Positions 12,805-24,638 of a stretch of 64,000 nt of DNA are shown here, in pieces; position 1 is the stretch's first letter; every line of letters begins with the position of its first letter. The notes beneath the pieces were generated by a model, which searched no databases, had not been told where the DNA came from, and saw only the letters and a program-made list of their open reading frames with translations. This DNA comes from Squalus acanthias (taxonomy: Eukaryota), in contig CM059432.1 in the NCBI GenBank assembly GCA_030390025.1, positions 118,174,001 through 118,238,000 on the forward strand. Direction: 5' to 3'. Both the position numbers and the translations under genes were made by a program.

Positions 12805-13232
12805 CAAAGAAAGAGAGAAAGAAAGATTTGCATTTATATTGTACCTTTTAAAGTCTAGTCACTGTTGTAATGTAGGAAATGCAGCAGCCAATTTGCGCAC
12901 AGCAAGCTCCCACAAACAGCAATGTCATACTGACCAGATAATCTGTTTTTCGTGATGGTGATTGAGGGATAAATATTGGCCAGGACACCGGGGTTAACTC
13001 CCCTGCTTTTCTTCAAAATAGTGCCATGGGATCTTTTACATCCACCTGAGAGAGCAGACAGGGCCTCAGTTTAACGTCTCATCCAAAAGACGGCACCTCC
13101 GACAGTGCAGCACTCCCTCAGTACTGCACTGGAGTGTCAGCCTAGATTTTTGTGCTGAAGTCTCTGGCGTGGGACTTGAACCCACAACCTACTGACTCAG
13201 AAGTGAGAGTGCCACCACTGAGCCACGACTGA
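12805..13232 (-). mobile_element. Near full-length tRNA-derived DeuSINE (SacSINE1-like)
   Basis: Reverse complement: A box tggctcagtgg, B box ggttcaagtcc, Deu-domain gaggtgccgtcttttggatgagacgttaaa...aaagatcccatggcact, tail with an internal deletion. Confidence 0.9.
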
Positions 13233-14391
13233 CAAATTCTAAAACAGTTCCACCTATTAAGTTATAGCCACAGCGGAAGCACCTCGTAGGAGCACTAAGG
13301 TAGGCAAAGGAACACAAATGACAGCCACTAAGGGTATGCACAAGGGTGAATAGCCATATTTTCTGTAAATGATACCATTATTTATCAGATAAATTTGGTT
13401 TTGGATTCGATGTTCGTACTTATGTTTGTACTGAAGTGAGGGAGAGACAAACAAGTGTTTAGTGAAGGAAAGCAATGTGATGCAGTGCTGCAAGAAGTTC
13501 AATGATTTATCCCTCAATCAACATCACAAAAAACAGATTATCTGGTCAGTATGACATTGCTGTTTGTGGGAGCTTGCTGTGCGCAAATTGGCTGCTGCAT
13601 TTCCTACATTACAACAGTGACTAGACTTTAAAAGGCACAATATAAATACAAATCTTTCTTTCTCTCTTTCTTTGGAAGGCTGCTGAGATTCCCTTTAAGT
13701 AGTTGTAAGTGGAAAGAATGATTGTGGGACTGTGACTGTTGTGAATGGGGAATGGGAGATCTGACTTAGTTGAAGTCTCCTCTATGAGCTGGTCTCTAAG
13801 AGCTCGGGCTGAGAGGGGCTCTATTGGTAGCTGCCTCTCCCCCTCCTCCTGGTGTATGCCCATTACCTTCTTCAGAGTGTGTGGGATGAGGGAGAAGTCA
13901 GAAGAGAGAGATGGATTTGGTATAAAGAAACCTGCTCGGCAAGTCCTCCAGTGGCCTCGGCCTCCACTCTGCCCCATTCCATCACTGCCAGCACGACAAC
14001 TCCAGTTAAATCATTGAACTTCTTGCGGCACTGCATCCACGGCCTGGGAGCAATGCTCCTGGCATTGACCTCATTAGTGAACTCCTCCCAATACTCCTCA
14101 TCATCAGTCTGGAGGGCTTCCTGCCCCCTGGGGAATAGAGAACCCTCCTCCTCTCCACTTCCTGCACCAAGGCCTGCAGTGCAGTATCGGAGAACCTTGG
14201 TGCCCACTCTCTCCCAGTTTCAGCCATTGCAGTCTTTCGCACAGCATTTCCTCACAGCACCACTTGCAACCACAATCCACTTCCCCTTTAAGAAGATAGC
14301 AAAATACTGCGGATGCTGGAAATCCGAAATAACAACAGAAAACGCTGGAAAAACTCAGCAGGCCAGGCAGCATCCGTGGAGCGAGAAAGAG

Positions 14392-14428
14392 AGTTAACGT
14401 TTCAGGTCGATGACCTTTCATCAGAACT
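14392..14428 (-). ncRNA. Minimal type I hammerhead ribozyme (inverted pLTR copy)
   Basis: Exact reverse complement of 15241-15277. Confidence 0.8.
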
Positions 14429-14716
14429 GGGAAGAGCCGGAAATCAAATAGATTTAAGGCCAGGGTAAAGCTGGGAAAAGGGGGAGGGGATAAAGGAACA
14501 AAGGTGGAGATGAAGAGACATTAAGAGACATTAAGAGATATGCAAGGCTAGAGGTGGTGTTAATGTGACAGATTAAGGCTGAATGAAGTGTGAAATCCAC
14601 TGGCAGAATGAAGGACAGCTGCCAGCTTCTAGGAGGAAAAAAAAGGTGGGGGGGGACAAATAAAAGGGTGGATAAAATAAAATATAAATGTGATTGGAGC
14701 TGAGGTTATGATCTAA

Positions 14717-14963
14717 GACCAAACGCAGATTGGGTGACCGCTTTGCGGAACACCTCCGTTCAGTCCGTAAGGGGGACCCCGAGCTCCCGGTGGCCTGTCA
14801 CTTTAATTCACCGCTTCACTCCCACTCTGACCTCACCGTCCTCGGCCTATTACACTGTTCCACGGAAGCTCAGCGTAAGCTCGAGGAACAGCACCTCATC
14901 TTTCGTTTAGGCACGCTACAGCCCTCTGGACTCAATATCGAGTTCAACAATTTTAGATCATAA
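14717..14963 (+). pseudogene. Penelope GIY-YIG endonuclease C-terminal fragment
   Basis: TKRRLGDRFAEH...VACHFN...EQHLIFRLGTLQPSGLN, typical of the PLE GIY-YIG C-terminus. Confidence 0.88.
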
Positions 14964-15240
14964 CCTCAGCTCCAATCACATTTATATTTTATTTTATCCA
15001 CCCTTTTATTTGTCCCCCCCCACCTTTTTTTTCCTCCTAGAAGCTGGCAGCTGTCCTTCATTCTGCCAGTGGATTTCACACTTCATTCAGCCTTAATCTG
15101 TCACATTAACACCACCTCTAGCCTTGCATATCTCTTAATGTCTCTTAATGTCTCTTCATCTCCACCTTTGTTCCTTTATCCCCTCCCCCTTTTCCCAGCT
15201 TTACCCTGGCCTTAAATCTATTTGATTTCCGGCTCTTCCC

Positions 15241-15277
15241 AGTTCTGATGAAAGGTCATCGACCTGAAACGTTAACT
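15241..15277 (+). ncRNA. Minimal type I hammerhead ribozyme in the pLTR
   Basis: agtt-CTGATGA-aggtc(atc)gacct-GAAACGTT-aact: stem I agtt/aact, stem II aggtc/gacct, palindromic ACGT in place of stem III. Confidence 0.8.
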
Positions 15278-16310
15278 CTCTTTCTCTCTCCACGGATGCT
15301 GCCTGGCCTGCTGAGTTTTTCCAGCGTTTTCTGTTGTTATTCCCCTTTAAGAAGTGCTGGCTGACTTTAAATAGCGTGAGCTCCTCCTGATATCCCCACC
15401 CCTCTACCCCACCCCCCCCCGATAGATATTTTGCCAATTTGAACAATGCAGGTAGCGCTGGCTGCACGCGCAGATCATTAAGATTAGATGGCCTGCACTA
15501 CTAACAACTAACACAGGTTATCACCGCACCACCCCCACAACGCACATTTTACAACACTACTGAATTTCTCAGCTGTTATCTGTTGATACGGACTGTTAAA
15601 AATAAATTGTATAAAAGTTTTCAGTATCCATGGAGAAGGATTGCATTCACTTATTAAAAGTAACTACTTTTATGCTAAGAAGACTGAAGCCATATATTCC
15701 TGCAGCATACAGATGTGATTGTAATTATCAAATATAGCTAATGTAATATTTAACATTTGCTTTGTGACTGAATCAGGTTTTTTTTTAAAGTTGACTGGGT
15801 AATTTTTAGAAATTGAGTTTCTATGCATGTTACCAATTTAAGTTGAAGAAATTCAGATTCACAAGCATACTACATGGCTGATGGTTTTATTCTGCAGAGG
15901 CTGAAATGTCCAATCTGCAACCCCTGATCCCAACTATGGGCCCCCGGTGAGTGAGGTGAGTGAGAAAGACAAAATGAGCTCACCTGCAACAAACCCACCG
16001 GAAAAGCATCTTAGCTGTGGCTGTTAAGTGATTTGTGCATTAAGTATTAAGGACCCTGCTGCTGCACATCAAGCCTACTATAAAATTGGCAGCAATGGAA
16101 TCGATATGGAGCGAGGGTGGGGGTGCGGTGATGACTGATTCTTTATTGGCCTCCTGTAGGGTGCCATCAACTTGTAATTAAAGAGCCGCAGTTTAACAAT
16201 TTAAACAAGTAGCATATCTGTGTCGGGCTATTTAGGGCGGAGCATTTGGTTAACTAAGAGTTAACACACAATATTATTCACACAGCTCCTGTAGATGTAG
16301 TAAACCCTTA

Positions 16311-17216
16311 GGGGGAAAAATTCTGTTGGTTTGCGCCTCCCGTTAGCGCCTTAAGACGGCGCTAATGGGGCGCAAAGCAACTAGCGCCCGTGCGCGGCGA
16401 TGTTTGCGCTGCTCATGAAATTAACTAGACATTTTGTGGCGGCGCTAAACACTACCGCCACGCTCTTTTGCGCCGACAGATCATGACATCAGTCGAGTGT
16501 GCAACGCCCCGGTAGCGCCCCGGACTGGATATTGAGTGGCGCCCCCTGCCTTACCGCCTGCCGCTAGCAACGACATGTTGAGGGGAGCTTTTTGCAGTCG
16601 GGAAGGGACGGGGGGGGGGGGGGGGGGCGCTATTTAAAGGCGAACGCTTCCTGCCTTTTTTTGTTGGTGACATTTTTGCACCACGCATTCTGAGAGAGAG
16701 AGAGAGAGAGACTTCTGGAGAGATTCAACGCTGTGTGAAGGAGTTTTGGGTACTGAGCAGCACTTTGCAAGTTCATTTTGATTTGCCCTTCCTTGTATCG
16801 ATTTAGAAGAGACTTTGGGGGCTGCATTCTGAGCTCTTTCCCTGGTTCTCTCCATTGTTCTTTCCAGCAGATTTGACGTACAGGTCTCTCCAGGCCGAGA
16901 TTCAAGGCTGCAATGCGCAGGATGTGGCTGGAGAGCAAGATCAACCCTCCCCTTTAAGAACTGGCCAGCGCCATTATGTCTGTGTTCAATTGCTGACTGA
17001 CATCACATGAGCTTCGCCAGCGCTCTGAGGTAGCGCCTCGCTGCTCGGCCTTTGTGCCTTAAGACAGGTGTGAAGCGCCTGATTTAGTGTTCCAATCACC
17101 TCCAGGGGCGATAAAAGCCAAGTTTGCAGTCGGAGGCGATAATTAGCGCCAGGCGCTAATCTTTGCGCCTGGCCGATAATTGCGCCCCAAATGGGGCGAT
17201 ACTGAATTTTTCCCCC
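16311..17216. mobile_element. Non-autonomous Harbinger MITE (906 bp)
   Basis: Perfect 13-bp TIR GGGGGAAAAATTC; TTA TSD on both sides; left half homologous to ~4440-4840. Confidence 0.92.
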
Positions 17217-17964
17217 TTAATCCCTTAATGATTGATTACTAGGGTGTAGCATAAGATGGTGGCAGCAGCATATATGATGGTAAGGAGGAAAGCAGCAATG
17301 GAGCGTGGAGGCAACAGGTGAAAAAATATTTTCCTGTCCCAACCCTGAATAAGACATTTGATTGAAGAATTGGAAAGCTAGTTTAATAATATTTTCATTT
17401 TACGAGCTGCACATACGTTGTCTGTGTTGAATTGGGCAATATAATGAATTTCCTTCCACTCATTCCCTGTGGCCAATTACACCATGCTATCAGGTCTCCA
17501 CCAATGCTGCCCTGCATGAGTTGTTGGGAGGTGTGGTACAGCAGCTTCTGCTTGGTGCTGCTCTATAGGAGTAGAGTTCAGCTTAGGACCGGAGCAGCAG
17601 GGGAAATTGAACATATTTTCGCTACGCTTCTTTTTTTGGTCGTTTTAAGAAGATAAGAAAAAGCCAAAGAGACAAAATGGCTATTTGGCTGATCCACTCG
17701 CTAGCTAACACCTCCTTATAGGATCCAGCTGCATTTTGAATGTCATGAATATTTTTTTGTCCCAATCTCCCCACCGGCTGTTAATAGCTGTTTACGCCAT
17801 TTCTCTGGGAGTTCCACTGATCTCCCACTGAAGTTACGGCGGGAGAGCCCATGTGGAAATTTAAGGCCTAAGAATTTATTTTAACACGTCAGAGCAGAAC
17901 AAGTAAGGTAAAAATGAGAGATCACATGAATAGAGGTTCGCATTTCTTAAACAGAAACTTCAAA

Positions 17965-18160
17965 AAAGGCTGGGAACACTCAGCAGGTCAGGCAGCATCT
18001 GTCAAGAAAACACAAATCAGTCGACGTTTCAGAACGTTTCCTCAGAACTGCTGACAGCTCACTCGTATTTTCTCAAGAGCTGCTGCCTGACCTGCTGAGT
18101 GGCTCCAGCGTTTTCTCCTTTTGTTTCAGATTTCCACCACCTGCAGTTTTTTGCTTTTTT
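17965..18160. mobile_element. Penelope pLTR inverted remnant
   Basis: actcagcaggtcaggcagca / tgctgcctgacctgctgagt arms; minus-strand CTGAGGA...GAAACGTC hammerhead remnant. Confidence 0.75.
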
Positions 18161-19069
18161 GCTCATACTTTTTAAATTCCACGGCCCTGACATCCCGCGG
18201 CGGGATGGGTTCCTTCCGATGTCCTGTCGAGATCCCGCTGGGGAGGCTGGCAAAGCCCCCGTAAGACGCCATTTTCAGCCAATTTCTCCGTCCTCCCGTT
18301 CCTTTTATTTTCACAATTCAGGTTCTTCCGAAAAGTAGAACCGATCTGGGTGGTGTGGGCAGTGTATTTATACAAGTGTGAAACAAAAATGCACTTAAGG
18401 CAGTTTGAGCTCTCCAGCTCTCAGCAGGCAAATGTAATACTTGTACACGGATCAAATTAGCTCCGGTAGATACATAAGCTTATTTCATAAAAAGTGACCT
18501 TAAAACTCACCTGCAGCGTGTGTGTTGGTGTTAAAATTGTAATCCTGGCTACCAGGGAACAATAACTGGCTTTCTGTTATTATTGCTGGTAACACACAGT
18601 GGGAGTGTGCTAATTAATTATAGCTGTGATCACGCACTTGTTTCTCTGAACCACTTAAATGTGAAAAGATGTAAAATTATGCAAACTACTGTGGATGGGG
18701 GAATTAATATCCCCATTCACATCATTTTTTTAAAAGAAGAATGCCTGAATGGTGCTGAATTTTTCAGTGCTATTTCTCAAGAAGTTTTTTCGAGCTATTT
18801 CGAGCAACCCCTCCAAATATATTTGTGACCTTTAGAGTTGCGGGAACCTTTTAAAGGGGCCGCGCTCACGTGGGATTGTTTCCCAAGGGTGTGGCTTACG
18901 GTTGGTGGACTGTGCGGTGATATGATTTGTGAAGCAGTCAGTTTTTGTCTCACCAATCCTAACTGCTAATGCGGGGATGTTTTCCTCTGTGTGTTACGTG
19001 CAATGCAATCCTAACGCCCACTCATTCCAGAGGGAACTAGTCCCCCACAGCATTTCAAAGCTTAATTCA

Positions 19070-20135
19070 AAGTTAACAAGAGTTATTTTGGCCAAAGGGT
19101 GAAAACAGGTGCTAAATGGGTGTTGTGCTAATAAGACACGCCTGTTTGAAAGTCTGGATTTAGCACGCAATGTTGGTCCTAATTGCTGACTACTATAATT
19201 TGAACTTGCTGGGAGGTGCTAAACAGAAACCTGCAGGTTTAGCGCTCAGGTGTTGATTAGACACAATTTTGGTGGAGCAGTATATCTGGGCTCCTCGCAC
19301 CCACTTCCACTGAAGGTGTGGAGTGCTCTGGCTGACACACAGCAGCACTGTGCAGGATGGCTCAGGGACCAAGTGAGAGGATGCACAGGTTCTCGGACAT
19401 AGCATTGGGGGTCCTGGTGGAGGCGGTCCAGAGGAGGAGCGATGTCCTGTACCCGCAGGGGGGAAAGATGCCATCTCACCATCCTTGCCCTCCTGTCCCT
19501 CTCTCCTGCAGCAGCTGGTGCTGCTCTGCCTGGCCTTATGTCCTCCTCCCATTCCTCCTGCAGACCAAGGGGGACCCCTAGCAAGATGACCATGACCAAG
19601 CACTGCCTTTCTCCTGGTAACTACTATAAGGTGTCCAATAAGGTGGAGTAGCATAGCACTCACTTTTTTCAGGTGAAATCCTCAGAGAATTTCCAGAATA
19701 AATGTTGCTTGAGTGTTGGTGAAGTCTTGACAAAGTGTCCCAGAAAGTCTCCCGATGTGGTTCAGATGTCCTCTTCACAGCTCCAGCAGCAAAGACCATT
19801 AAGGGGTGAGTAGCTCTTTAAGTAGCGCTTGAAATCGACATAAAGTCTGTGCTTACTCCCAAACAGCTGGTCGCAGCTAGGAGAGGGCATTAGTTGAAGC
19901 GCTAGCCATCAAAATGTTGTGTAGCCTCTTTAATGAGCGCTAGCAGGCATTTTAAGTGGCAATCAGCTATTTAACAAGCCTCCGGGCAGCCGTTGCTAGA
20001 TCACGCTTTAACTCCTTTACCAAGATGGCGTATTGCGCTAAGCGCGGGTATAACCGGCAATTCAGCTTAAGACCCCATCTTGACCACTTCTATACCTCTT
20101 TAGCGCCTAAATATTTAGCAAAAATTGCTCCCAAT
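19070..20135. mobile_element. Degraded Harbinger derivative with Myb exon-1 remnant
   Basis: 19357+: MAQGPSERMHRFSDIALGVLVEAVQRRSDVLYPQGG; agcgc-rich subterminal sequence. Confidence 0.65.
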
Positions 20136-20337
20136 GAAACAAATTTTTGCAGAACGGCACAATGAAGTTAGATGTAAGGGGTGATTCCTCAGGTCAGTGG
20201 GGCGTGGCACTCTGAGAGGTTGCTTCTTGGGAAATCATGGGCTGTGCACTCACAATTTCCACGGATTGCATTCCCTGTGAGTCCCACTGGGAGTGCCCGA
20301 TTGTGGAATTAGCCCAAGAATGCAGCAGAGACTTTGG

Positions 20338-21650
20338 TGGCTAAATTAGATAGCCCCCGAAAATGGGGACGGGGATCGCGATACACGATTAACACATGCC
20401 AGTTGGTTGTTGAAATGCAGGCAGCACACCACCTTTGTGCTGCTTGCTGATTAGCATGATTGCTGCATGCAGCCAGCACTCACTTAAAGCTAATACAATA
20501 GCTAGCCTGCTCCTCTTAAAGGGGAGGTGAATTGTGGCTGGAGCAGGTGCTGTCAGTTGTGCAGGAAGTGAATCTGACCTGGGAAACAGAGAAGAATGGC
20601 ACAACATAGGAGAGAGCGGTTTTTGCTCCAAGGTTTTTGGACGCTGCACTGGAGGTCTTGGTGGAGGAGGTGGAAAGGAGAGAGATGTCCTGTATCCGCA
20701 GGGGGCCAGGAGGTCCTCCAGACACACGGCCAAAAGGCAATGGGAGCAGATAGCCACAGGGGTCAATGCCAGGAGTCAAGCCCCGAGGGCCTGGATACCC
20801 AAGAAGTGCAACTTGGCCAGGCAGTTGAGGAAGATCAACAAGACAGTGATGATGAAGACACTCCGTCACTTGATTTCATGCTCGCAGCCACCAGCTCAGA
20901 TACTGACACTGCACATATCTCAGAGGATAGATTAGAGGCGGAATCTGCATGTGGTGAGACACCAGGCACGAGTGGGCTGCAAGCCAGGGCAGGGGGCAAG
21001 GATAGTGCAGGCGCCAGCTCACCAGAGGGTGTGTTCGCACATGAGTTCTGCTGCAGAGTACTCAGATGAGGACTTCAATGGGCCAGGCTACAGAAGAAGG
21101 CTGATGGATGTACACAACAAAATGTTTGGTGCATTGGGAAGCCTGCCAGAAAACCTGCAACAATGTCAAGGAGCATGGAAGGAGTCCAGCCCCAACTTGG
21201 CACAGGGCTTTGTGCAGAGCTTGAAGCCTATCCTTTACAGTGTGGAAGTGGTCGCCAACTCCATCAGCACACTTGTGGGCCCAACCATGATGCAGCCTCT
21301 GATGGCCGATGTCTCAGCTTCCATTGCAGTACAAACAGCTTCCACCAGAAGTCTGAGTGCTGCAGTGGAAGCTCAGACTGAAGTCATGCAAGGTTAGACT
21401 GCTGCCACCATGGCTGTGGATACCAGCGTTCAAAGGGGCTTGCAGGGTGTCACAGCAGTCCAACAATCTGTCCTCCACCAGATTACTAGGATTGCTGAGG
21501 CGGCGCCCCGGGGGAGTGGCAGTGGCTCCATGGAGCATGCGCCTGCTGTCCTCTCTCAGGTTGGCAGCACCACTGTCACTCTGCCAGTGCCCTTGCTGTT
21601 TCCTGTCAGCCAGCCAGCCCAGACTGTTGCACAGCACCTGGATAGTTAAC
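20338..21650 (+). mobile_element. Harbinger Myb/SANT-gene remnant
   Basis: DVLYPQGARR..KRQWEQIATGVNARSQAPRAW joined by a deletion to acidic exon-3-like sequence (DSDDEDTPSLDF). Confidence 0.75.
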
Positions 21651-21671
21651 AGGATCTCCCAAGATATTAAC

Positions 21672-21872
21672 AAAAACAGAAGATGCTGGAAATAAGCAGC
21701 AGGTCAGCCAGTGTCTGTGGAGAAAAATGATGGGTAGATATTTCGGGCAGGGCTTATCTCTTCCTCAACATCTACCTGTCTTTTCTCTCCACCACTGCTT
21801 CTAGCCTGTATTTCCAGCCCTTTTGCTTTTGTTTCAGATTTCCAGCATTTGCAGTGTTTTGCTTTTGTTTCT
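21672..21872. mobile_element. Penelope pLTR inverted remnant
   Basis: gatgctggaaataagcagcagg...tatttccagcc...cagatttccagcatttgcag. Confidence 0.65.
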
Positions 21873-21984
21873 TCCAAGATAAAACATTTTTTGAGTTACT
21901 AGTTGAAAACAAAAGCTTACTACAACAGGCAAGAAATGGGGCATGTACTATTTTCTTCAAGAATCAAAATGATCCCCGGTGGCC

Positions 21985-22150
21985 AATCTCATTGCTGTTT
22001 GTGGGAGCTTGCTGTGCACATATTGGCTGCTGCGTTTCCGACATTACAACAGTGACTACACTTCAAAAAGTGCCTCATTGGTTGTAAAGCACTTTAGGAG
22101 ATCCAGAGGTCATGAAAGGTGCTATATAAACACAAGTCTTTCTTTCTTTT
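21985..22150 (+). mobile_element. DeuSINE 3' fragment
   Basis: cattgctgtttgtgggagcttgctgtgc...aaaggtgctatataaa...tctttc tail. Confidence 0.85.
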
Positions 22151-22169
22151 AAAAATGGGGAGGTTAGAT

Positions 22170-22335
22170 AGAGGGTGAATTTTCCTCGTAACTTGCAGCA
22201 GAAGATCTGTGGAAACCCTAACGAGACAGCGTAAACACTGTTTACAGAGTTTCCACGGCTCTTCCGCCAAAGTTAAGGCAGAAAATCGGATGAACCCCTG
22301 CAGAAGTTCATCCCCGTACGAATACAAATCCCCAC
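22170..22335. mobile_element. Short palindromic MITE; related fragment at ~17790-17870
   Basis: taacttgcagcagaagatctgtggaaac pairs imperfectly with gtttccacggctcttccgccaaagtta. Confidence 0.5.
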
Positions 22336-22337
22336 AA

Positions 22338-22430
22338 ATTAGAAACATAGAAACATAGAAAATAGGTACAGGAGTAGACCATTCGGTCCTTCGAGCCTGT
22401 ACCGCCATTCAATGCGTTCATGGCTGAACA
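22338..22430 (-). mobile_element. CR1 3' tail fragment
   Basis: (tagaaaca)n tail and CR1 3' UTR. Confidence 0.8.
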
Positions 22431-23419
22431 TTAGTTGCTGTCATTTACTATTTTCCTTCCTTTATCTATATTTGTACTGGATTTCTAGTGCATCCCCCAT
22501 TCTGTTTGAGAACCTTTTATTTATAGTTCTCAAAGTACAGCCAACAATACCAACAAATAAATATGCATTTCATATTATAAAAATGGTAGATGTGCATTGA
22601 TAAAGCCCCTTATCACATCCCTGAGAAATGTCATTACAAAGGGTTGAACAGAAGGGTCCAGTAACCTGGTCACTGTTGATCAGTAATGTAAATGCGTACA
22701 TTTTAAGAAAAGAAAAGGCTTGGTAGAATCTGCAGACTCAACGACAGAAACAGGGCAGCTCAGAATTCTGTTAGTGATGAAAACAATTCTTGGTTTATGT
22801 CTGTACATCAAAATTTGAGTGAAGTAGGAAAAAAATATGTAGAAAGAATTACAGGGAGATACAACATAGACAGACAGCAAGTGCAGCTGCTCCATACCAG
22901 GAGAAGAGATATAGAGGATTGTCCTTCTGGGGAAGTCTGGCTAAAAAAATAATCCCCAAAGAATCTAACCCTCTGTCAATCATATCCAGAATCCTGATAA
23001 AGGGATCCTCCACAATTTGGCTTGGGTGCAACCTGCACAACCTTGATCAGTACTCCTGAAAGGGAGACCACACTTTTCCTGAATTAACTGGAAGAAAAAC
23101 ATTATCGTTTCTGCCTGGGTCACTTTAATAAGCTGATCTTCGTCGGTGTGTCCACATGCCTGCAATGCAGTAGGTGCAGCATGCAGGAAGAGATCAGTAA
23201 GGTGAGCCATCCCTGATTCCGGTGGAAGTCCTATTGGTTTCAGATTGATATTGATCCACGCAATGGACTTGATCTCCTCAAAAATCATAAGCCGATACTA
23301 ATGGTCCTGAGGATAGGTCCAAAATATGGGACAAAGGCTACTGACTTTCCCGTGGCCTGTTTAACACAAATCAGGAACATTAGGGTTGAAATAATAGAGT
23401 TCCACTGGTGTATAGTAAA

Positions 23420-23852
23420 TAAGAACATAAGAAATAGGAGCAGGAGTAGGCCAATCGGCCCTTCGAGCCTGCTCCGCCATTCAATAAGATCATGGCTGAT
23501 CTTCTACCTCAACTCCACTTTCCTGCACTATCCCCATTTCCCTTGATTTCCTTAATATCAAAAATCTATCGATCTCTGTCTTGAATACACTCAATGACTG
23601 AGCCTCCACAGCCCTCTGGGGTAGAGAATTCCAAAGATTCCCCACCCTCTGAGTGAAGAAATTTTTTCTCATCTCAGTCCTAAATGGCTGACCCCTTATT
23701 CTGAGACTGTGAGCCCTGGTTCTAGACTCCCCAGTCAGAGGAAACATCCTCCCTGCATCTACCCTGTCAAGTCCTGTAAGAATTTTGTATGTTTCAATGA
23801 GATCACCTCTCATTCTTCTAAACTCTAGAGAATATAGGCCTAGTCTACTCAA
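23420..23852 (-). mobile_element. CR1 3' fragment
   Basis: SRLGLYSLEFRRMRGDLIETYKI...WNSLP plus 3' UTR and taagaaca tail. Confidence 0.92.
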
Positions 23853-24638
23853 TGCGGCGTATGACTTTTAGCTGGCTAATTACTACTTGAAACTTTGGCA
23901 GTTGCTGAGTAAGATATCCTTCCACTCCTCTTCTCATATCAACATTTGCAGTTCAGTTTACCACGCCTCCCTCAGGTAGTTAAAAGGTAAAAGGAAATAA
24001 CGCAAAGAGACTGTGTTTGACTTTTTATTTCTGCAGAATGTGCTTGACTTGGTCAAATTCATTATGATGGTTCAGAAACTCCAGCATGAGATCACTGTGT
24101 ACAAAGGATCTTTTTCGCTGATCAGCGTGGATCTGCGATCTCCCTCTCTTTCTCCATGCGTGGACAGAACAGAATGAAACATGAAGACCAGCAGCTGTCT
24201 GAGATCAGACCAGGGCGCCAAGTCAATCATAAATTCCAGACTGTGGAGACTGAAAATCTCATCCAAGAGCTTTGCAATAAAAGCAGAGGCGATGGGAGGT
24301 GTGAGGGGAAGAGGCGATTCTTCTCTGTTCCTTCCAGAATGACAAAAAGACAGACATTGGGCTGGATTTTGTCTTGGGGTCGGGTTGGGGTCCTGTCCTC
24401 CACATTTCGTGTTCCCCCCCCGACTCCAGATTAATGTGGATGAATGATGCAATTTTAACTTAATTGGGCAATTGAGTTCCAGCATATGGGAACCCATGAA
24501 CCAATTAGTGGTTTCAGCCTGAAACCCGCCTCCGATGACGTCATCATTGCTGCTGCATTTAAGGTCTGCAACAAGCCTTGCTTCCTCTCCAGGCTGCCAA
24601 GCTTTTGGACCTCTAATCTAAAGGCAACTGCAGCAGGA

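Larger units (their letters stand above)
14296..15341 (+). mobile_element. Young 5'-truncated Penelope-like element with inverted pLTRs
   Basis: 389-bp inverted arms 14328-14716 / 14953-15341; GIY-YIG C-terminal ORF between them; 15-bp TSD TTCCCCTTTAAGAAG (14281-14295, 15340-15354). Confidence 0.92.
12560..15575. mobile_element. Rearranged Harbinger remnant
   Basis: Myb C-terminus on + (APRRSTK ~13278), transposase C-terminus on - (ARALRDQLIEE ~13780-13815), Myb N-terminus on - (APRFSDTAL...WMQCRKKFNDL, 14006-14242); TIR-like gaatttctcagc at ~15562. Confidence 0.7.

Noticed and set aside
13165..13232. tRNA gene
   Set aside because: The A/B boxes belong to a SINE head that continues into the Deu domain; no full cloverleaf.
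20596..21069. Processed (spliced) Myb retrocopy
   Set aside because: The junction falls inside exon 1 at an aagaag microhomology and skips exon 2; this is a genomic deletion, not splicing.
22680..23360. ORFs 22849-23288 (-) as a host exon, or a + strand CxxC as an L1 zinc knuckle
   Set aside because: Stops in all frames and no convincing motif; at most a very old retroelement remnant.
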